Shown in pieces: positions 57,012-64,000 of a DNA stretch of 64,000 nt. Within the stretch, counting starts at the first letter, position 1, and every line of letters starts with the position of its first letter. Under the pieces are notes generated by a model. It did no database searches. It was not told where the DNA came from and was given only the letters and a program-made list of their open reading frames with translations. The stretch covers positions 124,001-188,000 of IMG/VR virus record IMGVR_UViG_3300048438_000153; one strand, 5' to 3'. The position numbers and the translations under genes were made by a program.

Positions 57012-57514
57012 CGGTCGAGTAATATCACCATATCTTTGGATTTATACACCCTAGAAAGAGACTTCCACACACGACGGGCGTGTTCTGATGTAGTTGCGTT
57101 GTCACTTGGGTTGCAATAGTTAGGGATGAAGAGAAAAGGCTTCCCATTTGTCCGACTATTTAAGGTGTGTCGAGCTAGTCTTAAATACCCTTCCAAGCCA
57201 CACTTTTTTCCCCAAAAGTCTTTACTTAGCTTGGAGTACACGACTTCAACCACATAAACCTCCCCATTAGAGTTTGATAGAGAAGGGTTCGCGTCGATCA
57301 GTTGAAGCATTTCGTCTGCACAGTAATACTCAGAAATACTCTCACGATCTAATAGATAAACGGTAGCCTCAAACTCACCCACTTCTTTTCCGTCTATTGA
57401 GTATGCCTCAATCAGAGTCGTGGGTTCGCCCCACTCAAACCCCGTTGTTTCTTTGAAAGTGACTCCTGAGCACTGCCTCAGATAAGCATTCGCAACTCTT
57501 TGTATTAGGTTCAT
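57008..57514 (-). CDS. RVAxxYL-leader protein, possibly GNAT-like
   Basis: Starts MNLIQRVANAYLRQC; WGKKCGLEGY...SEHARRVWKSL. Confidence 0.6.
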   Translation of the reverse strand: MNLIQRVANAYLRQCSGVTFKETTGFEWGEPTTLIEAYSIDGKEVGEFEATVYLLDRESISEYYCADEMLQLIDANPSLSNSNGEVYVVEVVYSKLSKDFWGKKCGLEGYLRLARHTLNSRTNGKPFLFIPNYCNPSDNATTSEHARRVWKSLSRVYKSKDMVILLDR

Positions 57515-57529
57515 ATCTACTCTCCATTC

Positions 57530-58192
57530 CTAGCTTATCTTGATCATATCAGATTCAATTCTCTTAGTTGACTGAAACCATTTCACAGAACCTGACTTCG
57601 TTTCTAAGAGAAACCTACGAGGGATCTTCACCTGATATACTTCTCTCCCCCTGTCACGAGCTAATCCAAAAGCATCACTCGCGTCAGAGGTGAAGAACAT
57701 CCCCTCACGGATAAACCTCTCTTTCTCGAAACCTCTCGGTTGCGCCGTGTAGAGCGTGAGAGTCTTAGTAGTTCGAGTCGAGTTCGGCTCAAGAATCTCA
57801 CTAACGAGGTTCTGATAGTCTTTCATCTCCTCCTGTGAAGAAAAATCCTGAAACTCCTCTAGGATGTCTCCAATACTCTTATCACCTAAGTGCGTGAAAG
57901 AAGCCTCTCCCACGTACACAGAGAGCGCCCAAGAGTACCCACCCTGACCCTCGTTATATATATCTTCAGAAAGACTAGAAACAGCCACCTCAATAGGTGA
58001 TCCATTCCAATGAGGGATGCGCCTTTTGGCTGAGTCTGCTTTTCTCTCCAAAAACTCCATGTCAGATAGAATCCAACCGCTTACTCTGATCACCTCATCG
58101 TCTAGCTCTTCTTGAGAAAGAAAATCACCCCTAGCGTCAAGGATTATGAAGTTGAGAATAGAGGTGATGTCTTTATTGTTTCTTAACCTCAT
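57530..58192 (-). CDS. Hypothetical protein
   Basis: Probable start at the TGATG overlap (58192); C-terminus LYTAQP...GMFFTSD..DA...VYQVKIP. Confidence 0.6.
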   Translation of the reverse strand: MRLRNNKDITSILNFIILDARGDFLSQEELDDEVIRVSGWILSDMEFLERKADSAKRRIPHWNGSPIEVAVSSLSEDIYNEGQGGYSWALSVYVGEASFTHLGDKSIGDILEEFQDFSSQEEMKDYQNLVSEILEPNSTRTTKTLTLYTAQPRGFEKERFIREGMFFTSDASDAFGLARDRGREVYQVKIPRRFLLETKSGSVKWFQSTKRIESDMIKIS

Positions 58193-58743
58193 CAGAAACG
58201 CTTCCCCATGCCATAGACCAATCCCCAAACGATCTCTCCATCAGAGTTATAGGGGGATGTGGTCAGACCTATGAAAGCCGAGCTCCTGTCGCCCATGAGA
58301 AACTTAAAGCGCGACGCTCCTACAGGAAAGAAAAGACCTTCTAAAGCGATGGTTCTCCCTATAGATAGTCCTATGTCCATGCCGAAAGTATCCGTTTCAG
58401 AGACATCAATCTTAAAGAGTTGATAACTCCCCCCTAACATGAAAGAAGGAGGGGTCAAAGTCTCTTCAATCAAACCCTCGCCATTCACTTTCCTATTAGG
58501 AGAAAGAGGAAGGTTAAACACAGACCAAAGACTGAAGCTCTCAGAAAGAGAATATCCTAGTACGACAGTAGCTGAGGAGGTCGGCACAGGGAGAGATCCC
58601 TTTCCATACCAACCGATAACCATCTGCGTAGTGCCGAAGGTCAGCTCCCAAGGTCTAGAAGTCTTAGTAGGCTCAGGGCAGACCTCTTGAGCGTGAGCTA
58701 AAGGGGCTGTCATCAAGAGAAGTAACGTGATCAGTCTGTTCAT
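58192..58743 (-). CDS. Small outer-membrane beta-barrel protein
   Basis: Signal peptide (..AHA|Q), ~8 amphipathic strands, C-terminal YGMGKRF. Confidence 0.65.
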   Translation of the reverse strand: MNRLITLLLLMTAPLAHAQEVCPEPTKTSRPWELTFGTTQMVIGWYGKGSLPVPTSSATVVLGYSLSESFSLWSVFNLPLSPNRKVNGEGLIEETLTPPSFMLGGSYQLFKIDVSETDTFGMDIGLSIGRTIALEGLFFPVGASRFKFLMGDRSSAFIGLTTSPYNSDGEIVWGLVYGMGKRF

Positions 58744-58802
58744 AGTTGTTATCCTTTCTAGTGTCGTTCTTAATGAACGAATAGAAAGACAAAAAATATT
58801 GT

Positions 58803-58882
58803 TTACCTACGAGTTCTTCTCATGCCATTTCTCCTTACAAGGTAATTATAGATAACACCTAACGGAGACCATAAATGATCTA
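58803..58882 (-). other. Promoter + RBS + 6-codon minigene MRRTRR
   Basis: TAGATCATTTATG (58870-58882), SD AAGGAG, ATG AGA AGA ACT CGT AGG TAA (58823-58803). Confidence 0.45.
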
Positions 58883-58899
58883 AAGAAACCCGAGAAACG

Positions 58900-58933
58900 A
58901 AAAAAGCCCCGTCTCCATCAGGAAACGAGGCTT
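58900..58933 (-). terminator. Intrinsic terminator after the major capsid gene
   Basis: AAGCCTCGTTTCC-TGAT-GGAGACGGGGCTT stem followed by a T run. Confidence 0.85.
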
Positions 58934-58993
58934 CTTTCTGATCACCTCTAAGCCCACTAAAAGCGAGCTGAGTTACAAGCTATTTCTTAAAGA

Positions 58994-59872
58994 TTAGCGA
59001 GTAACGGTGAGGCGAGCAAGACCGCGTGGGTTGTACGCGCCGATACCCAAATTCTCAAAGACTGAGAAACCGATGGTGCGAGCCTTCGGATCGTCAGCAG
59101 AAAGAACAGTAAGCTCAGTACGGACAGGGATGCGTCCGAACATCTCAGGCTCACAGCAGACGTACACAGTGCCGACAGGAACTAGACGGCTAGTGATGAT
59201 CTGTGCGCCCCAAAGAGTAGCCTGAAGACCAGTCTTAAGGAGCGCTGCTTGGCTCTCGATGTCGAGAATGTCGCGACCAAACTTACGGATGTCAGCGTAG
59301 TCACGAGCGTTCATGAAGACGCGAGAGACACGGAGGTCGTGACGCTCGATAAGAGCGTATGCGTCAGCGAGAACAGCACCGTTAAGAGGAGCGATGACAG
59401 GAATGTCAGCGTTAGTCTGACCAGGGAGACTGTCGAAGCCTTGAGTCGCAACCGCGTCGAGGATAGCGAATACACGCTCGTCCTCAGCCGCCTGAATCTG
59501 AGCGCGAGCCAAGTCTTGAGCCCTCTCGATCAGATCGAAGCGACGCTCCTTGATCTGAGTGAGTGGGATCTCAGGGTTTGATGCGATCTCGAAAAGAGGG
59601 AAGATCACACGACGTGGCTTGGTGATAGCGAGGATGTTCTCGCCCTCTTCACCTACCACGAACGCGGTCACGTCAGGGTCTTTGTCGTAGATCGGAAGCG
59701 CACCATCAGGAAGTTGCTCTACGAGGAAAGTCTTACGACCAACGCTCGTATAGTCACGACGGAGACGGAGAGGTTGTGTCATTGAAGCGGCTAGCTTCGC
59801 ACGACCTTGTGGGGTCTTAATGTAGTCAGCAATGATCTTTTGCTTTACTGCGTTATCGACGTTGTTACTCAT
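58994..59872 (-). CDS. Major capsid protein (HK97 fold)
   Basis: 292 aa; order protease-scaffold-decoration-MCP followed by a terminator; IQAAEDERVFAILD spine helix, VFMNARDYADI, LWGAQIITS. Confidence 0.82.
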   Translation of the reverse strand: MSNNVDNAVKQKIIADYIKTPQGRAKLAASMTQPLRLRRDYTSVGRKTFLVEQLPDGALPIYDKDPDVTAFVVGEEGENILAITKPRRVIFPLFEIASNPEIPLTQIKERRFDLIERAQDLARAQIQAAEDERVFAILDAVATQGFDSLPGQTNADIPVIAPLNGAVLADAYALIERHDLRVSRVFMNARDYADIRKFGRDILDIESQAALLKTGLQATLWGAQIITSRLVPVGTVYVCCEPEMFGRIPVRTELTVLSADDPKARTIGFSVFENLGIGAYNPRGLARLTVTR

Positions 59873-59888
59873 TGTAGACTCCTTTCTA

Positions 59889-60497
59889 TCAGATGCGTTG
59901 GTCGTAGACTAACTCATCAGAGTTTGAGTCAGGAACAATTTTAAGAATACCGATGGTAAGAGCAGTCGCCTTCGAGACAGCACCTGCGATGGTGACGTCA
60001 GCGTCAGTCACATCTGCGTTGCTACTAGAAGTCAAGTAACCATTGATAGAAGCACAGAGAGTCTCACCTACAGAATAAGTGAGATCAACACCAGCGTTAG
60101 CGAGATCGCCCTTAGTCTCATAGAGCTTGTTGCCATAAGTACCTTGCGCTGAAACGTAAGGACCTCTGTTCGATGCAACACCAGGCTGATTCTCAAAAGC
60201 ATTTCCAACAGCGTTGTTGATAAATACACCGAGAACAGCAGTAGCGTTAAGAACGCCACCGTGAGTGTTGTCGCCTGAGTTATCGGCAAAAGCGATAGAA
60301 CCACTAAGTACACCGCGAACTACGCCATCAAGAAGACCTGATGCCTCAGTTGCATTTGTTGCGTTCGTAGGGGGGTTAGTCTGAGTGAAAGCACTCGCAG
60401 AAAGCTGACCGACGGTGTTACGAACACCGACGTGCAAAATTCTGAGAGCAGAGCTTGCTTCAGTAAACCCACCACTAGCTTGTCCAAGTAGAGCCAT
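59889..60497 (-). CDS. Putative capsid decoration/cement protein
   Basis: Immediately upstream of MCP; Gly/Ala/Thr-rich; YSVGETL...GYLT pattern. Confidence 0.6.
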   Translation of the reverse strand: MALLGQASGGFTEASSALRILHVGVRNTVGQLSASAFTQTNPPTNATNATEASGLLDGVVRGVLSGSIAFADNSGDNTHGGVLNATAVLGVFINNAVGNAFENQPGVASNRGPYVSAQGTYGNKLYETKGDLANAGVDLTYSVGETLCASINGYLTSSSNADVTDADVTIAGAVSKATALTIGILKIVPDSNSDELVYDQRI

Positions 60498-60639
60498 AGT
60501 ATTTCTCCTAGAAGCTCATACTCTCTGTTTTCAAGAGAGTAGTGTGTTAATAAAGATAGGGGCGGGAAACCCAACCCCCCGAAAGGTTCAATAATAAAGC
60601 AGAGAGATATAAAGGAACTAAAGTACCCTTATTTCTTTC

Positions 60640-62649
60640 TTAACCGAAGTACTTGCTGACGTCGGGAGCTGACTCCCAAAGCTTAGAAAGCTCGTCAGAA
60701 GCAGAGCTTGCTTCACGGCTGATGTTACCGAGTGTCTTAACAGACGCTTGGCGAGCCTGAGTCTGAGGGCGGAAAGAAGCTGATTTCTGAGTAGTAGCGG
60801 TAGCCTCCTCTTCAGACGCCTCCTCCTCAGATGCCTCTTCATCAGCGGCTTGGAAGATACGAGCGAGCTTAGGATCGACATCGACATTATCTGAAGCCAT
60901 GTGAAGACCCATTACGTCCTCAGCCATGTCCTCAGCCATATCCTCAGCCATATCCTCAGCCATCATGGTTGCCTCGTGATCCTCAGCCATCATGGTTGCC
61001 TCGTGATCCTCAGCCATATGATGCATCGCCATTTCTTCTTCAGCAGTCATGTCGAATTGGCTAGGATCATTCTGATCAGCCATCATCATCTCTGCTTCCA
61101 TCTCAGCGAGCATCTCATTAAGCATTGCTTGCTCTTCAGAAGCTAGACGCATCTCATCGAAATGAGCTTTCTTCTTCTTAGGAACACGTTGACCTTCAAC
61201 ATTGTGCTTGTAAGGGCGAGGTCTTGCCTTCTGACCCTGTGGGTTTGACTTTGAAGGCCAACGCTCAGGGTTGTTCACATAGTAGGTGTGGTTGTAACTA
61301 GCCTTTGATCCAGGCTCTTGCAACAATTCTTTGCGAGCTTTAGTCTTAGGTCGTTTACCCTTCTGACCACTGCGATTCCAATTCCAAATAGCCTTTCTAT
61401 CTTCATCAGAAAGATAGTCTTGCCAATCGGGATTAGCCTTACCGTAATCCTTAATGCCCTTACCGCGACGACCCCAAGCCTCTTTGTCCTCAGCCATCAT
61501 GTCCATCTCAGCCATGATCTCTGCGAACTCTTCATCAGAAAGAATATCCTCAGCCATCAACTCGTCGTTGGCTTTTTTCTCTTTTTTTCCTTCTGATTGA
61601 GGAACACCCCAAAAGAGATGTTTGTACTTCTGATAGTACTCTTTGTTGTGCTCTTGCTTGTCCTCATCAGTCCAACCCGTAGTTCCGGGAGAAGAGCGGT
61701 ACTGACCTCTCATCTTGGAGTCCATATACTCAAATTTGTCTAGAGTTTTTCCGTAGGGCTCTTGCGTGTGAGGAGATTTAAGTTTGCCTGGATCCGTGAA
61801 TGACTTCCATCCATCTTCTTTCTTGCCCCAAGCACCTTTAGCAACGATGTTCATCTCAGCCATGATCTCAGCCATGCGGTCTGCATCGCCCATGTGAGAA
61901 GCCTCGTGCATCATCTCAGCGAGAATGGCCATGTCCTCTGACATCATTTCTGAGGCGAGTTTCTTAGTAGGACCTTCGCCCTCTTCCTCGTCGAGAACCT
62001 CAACGCTCTCGTCGTCGCCCTCATGACCTGTCTCTTGCTGAACTACGTCCTCTGCCATGCGACGCATTTTAGAAGCGAGACGGGCGTTAGCCGCTTTGAG
62101 CATGGCGATTTCTTCAGCCATGTCTTCTTCAGCCATCATCTCAGCCATGACGTTATCTACGCCCTCGTCATCACCCTCGTAGCCTGTAGCCTCTTGCATC
62201 GCATCCTCTCCAAGAAAGTCTGAAGCGATACGCTGGATCTTGGCATTGATCTGACGTGATGGGAGATCCATGTAACGAAGGGCAAGATCCTCGATCTCAT
62301 CCTGTGATGCAGTCCTACCGAGACGGCTCTCAGCAATCTCGATGCACTTAGAAGCCTTGCGCTCCATAGCCTTGCGGAGATTCTGCTCGTAGAGGTCAGA
62401 AGTCTCCTCATAGTCTGAAATGATGTCCTCAGTAGCTGCGGGATGATCTGCTTCCCAACTGTATGAAGCGGGGGCAGGTCCTGAGCGGTAAGGACCTTCG
62501 TGAACGCCCTCGCCAAATTCTGAGTCGATGCCATAAGCGTCAACTGAGGGCTGTGCTTGTGATGCGGGATGACCGAAGCTCTCGAAGCCCTGATCATCAT
62601 AACCTGGTAGGCTAGAAGTGTTAGCCCTACGGAAACTATTCCTAGACAT
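60640..62649 (-). CDS. Putative scaffold/core protein with MAE repeats
   Basis: Between protease and capsid genes; very acidic and Met-rich with many MAE(D) units; probable start MSRNSFRRA with SD AAGGA. Confidence 0.65.
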   Translation of the reverse strand: MSRNSFRRANTSSLPGYDDQGFESFGHPASQAQPSVDAYGIDSEFGEGVHEGPYRSGPAPASYSWEADHPAATEDIISDYEETSDLYEQNLRKAMERKASKCIEIAESRLGRTASQDEIEDLALRYMDLPSRQINAKIQRIASDFLGEDAMQEATGYEGDDEGVDNVMAEMMAEEDMAEEIAMLKAANARLASKMRRMAEDVVQQETGHEGDDESVEVLDEEEGEGPTKKLASEMMSEDMAILAEMMHEASHMGDADRMAEIMAEMNIVAKGAWGKKEDGWKSFTDPGKLKSPHTQEPYGKTLDKFEYMDSKMRGQYRSSPGTTGWTDEDKQEHNKEYYQKYKHLFWGVPQSEGKKEKKANDELMAEDILSDEEFAEIMAEMDMMAEDKEAWGRRGKGIKDYGKANPDWQDYLSDEDRKAIWNWNRSGQKGKRPKTKARKELLQEPGSKASYNHTYYVNNPERWPSKSNPQGQKARPRPYKHNVEGQRVPKKKKAHFDEMRLASEEQAMLNEMLAEMEAEMMMADQNDPSQFDMTAEEEMAMHHMAEDHEATMMAEDHEATMMAEDMAEDMAEDMAEDVMGLHMASDNVDVDPKLARIFQAADEEASEEEASEEEATATTQKSASFRPQTQARQASVKTLGNISREASSASDELSKLWESAPDVSKYFG
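60916..61017. repeat. Coding tandem repeats (12-bp MAED and 27-bp MAEDHEATM units)
   Basis: Repeated tcctcagccat units. Confidence 0.85.
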
Positions 62650-62674
62650 AGGATTTCCTTTCTGCATGAAGGGC

Positions 62675-64000
62675 TTACCGCCCATGAACGAATGTGATAA
62701 GCTTGGAAAGTCTTACCAAGCGAAGTGAGTCTTTGCGAGTTAACTTTGAACCATGACACTCCTCAGCGTCAGAGATAAAGCTAGCCACTTTATTATACCT
62801 GTCTGCTGAGTCTATTTGACTAGCAATACGGTACAGGTAAGAAGGTAGGTAGACGTCGAAACGATCATTGACGAGTCTGATGTTATCGACTGCCTCTTTC
62901 TTAGAGGAGGCGATCTTCACAGCGGTGTCAAGAGCTGAGAAATAGAGATTCTTTCTCTTTATCTTTCTCTTACTCTTGCCCTCTTTAATGATTGTATCGT
63001 CAGCGGTAGTAGGGTCGCCTGTTGCGGGTACATTAACCGCTTTCTGAGCGAGCTCCTCTTTGATCTCCTTTTCGAGCTTCTTTCTCATGCGACCAACGAG
63101 AGCTTCAGTCACTACGCCCTCAAGTTGATCGAGAATAGAATCAGGAGTCTCTTCTTTCTTAGTGGATTCACCCTCTTCATCGCCCTCGCCATCTCCGAAG
63201 TCGAAAGGACCTGCGAGATGGGATGAAGCAGACTTGCTCAACCACTGCGGAGGAACTTGATTAAGTTTTTCCTCTTGTGGGTTGGCGTCAGCGGAAGGGA
63301 TTTCAAGAGTATTCCTAGCGACCGCGCCCTTAAAGGCAGGTATGGCAACCCAAGAAGCCTCAATGAAGGTTACGCCACCTGTTTCCCCCGTAGTCTCATG
63401 ACCACAAAGCTCGGCAACACGGTGCTTGTTTCCATTCTCATCGAAGAAAACATTACCCTTCTCATACTTAACGTGTCGGCACATCTGAGGCTCATCAGCC
63501 GCGACGTGACCGCACTTGGTGCAGATGGTGAAATCGACAGAACAACCCATCGACATACCGTTCATTTCACCCGATAAGATTTGTCTAACGAGATCTTCGT
63601 GCTTTCTATCTGTGGCTACAAGAATATCCACATAGATAGATTCACCAATATCTCGCATAACAGCATCAATGATACGCCCTTTAGAGAGCTCTTCAACTTG
63701 AACGTGTTCAACAAAGTTATGCGCCCCCACAAACGTCTTATAAGACTTCTTAATAACGCCCCTAGACCAACAGTCGAGGTTGTTATTGATGTACTTATCT
63801 GTCTCGGAGGTGACTCGATAGTCTGCATACTTTCTGTTAATATTCTGACCCTCTTCCTCAACTGAACCTGTCTTTACATTAGGGACAGAAACAGCGTCTA
63901 CGGAGCACACAATCGTAGAGTGTGTGAGTAGAAACCGATCAGGAGTGAAGGGCTCGCCTAAAAGCTCTTCTGCTTTCTTCTTAAGGCTCGAATCGAGGCG
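62675..64000 (-). CDS. Prohead maturation protease (HK97/assemblin-type, with Zn-binding insert), 5' end outside window
   Basis: Frame open to 64000; FVEH...GRIIDA, GMSMG, CxxC..C.H insert, FIEASWVAIPA. Confidence 0.8.
   Translation of the reverse strand, partial: RLDSSLKKKAEELLGEPFTPDRFLLTHSTIVCSVDAVSVPNVKTGSVEEEGQNINRKYADYRVTSETDKYINNNLDCWSRGVIKKSYKTFVGAHNFVEHVQVEELSKGRIIDAVMRDIGESIYVDILVATDRKHEDLVRQILSGEMNGMSMGCSVDFTICTKCGHVAADEPQMCRHVKYEKGNVFFDENGNKHRVAELCGHETTGETGGVTFIEASWVAIPAFKGAVARNTLEIPSADANPQEEKLNQVPPQWLSKSASSHLAGPFDFGDGEGDEEGESTKKEETPDSILDQLEGVVTEALVGRMRKKLEKEIKEELAQKAVNVPATGDPTTADDTIIKEGKSKRKIKRKNLYFSALDTAVKIASSKKEAVDNIRLVNDRFDVYLPSYLYRIASQIDSADRYNKVASFISDAEECHGSKLTRKDSLRLVRLSKLITFVHGR

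Noticed and set aside
58994-59872. Encapsulin nanocompartment with Dps cargo
   Set aside because: Protease, scaffold, sheath, tube and tape measure context indicates a phage capsid.
62157-62759. 200-aa alternate-frame ORF
   Set aside because: Overlaps scaffold and protease genes; likely a by-product of codon bias.
1-64000. Alternative genetic code (stop recoding)
   Set aside because: Long genes are intact in code 11, and TAA, TAG and TGA all end recognisable genes.

Overview
The window is a 64-kb segment of a large (jumbo-type) contractile-tailed phage genome, densely coding and mostly on the minus strand. The host is probably Gram-negative, because the phage carries outer-membrane beta-barrel genes. 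Read right to left it holds the morphogenesis backbone: prohead protease (5'-truncated), scaffold-like protein, decoration protein, major capsid protein, a tail completion-like protein, a 1599-aa tail sheath, neck/adaptor proteins, tail tube, two tail chaperone-like proteins and a tape measure protein (3'-truncated, absent from the ORF track). Accessory genes include a sigma factor, TOPRIM primase, thymidine and deoxynucleoside kinases, an actin-like ATPase, glutamine synthetase II, SOD, a flavodoxin-fold enzyme, GGCT and a pyrimidine-dimer glycosylase-like protein. The most notable pattern is a set of about 15 otherwise unrelated proteins that share short leader/linker motifs (MRRTASEILSDLEIRIARLE; LIRxAYENPxxR; RVAxxYL). 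Their enzymatic modules (zincin proteases, an Ntn-hydrolase, a 2H phosphoesterase, Dps, GNAT) start right after [KR]-x-[AS] sites. Many sit behind a shared promoter motif TA[AG]-N4-T[TC]TAT, and a promoter+RBS+leader cassette has been duplicated onto different payloads. I infer a modular system of capsid-targeted, protease-processed polyprotein cargo. All functional calls come from motif recognition by eye; no searches were run.
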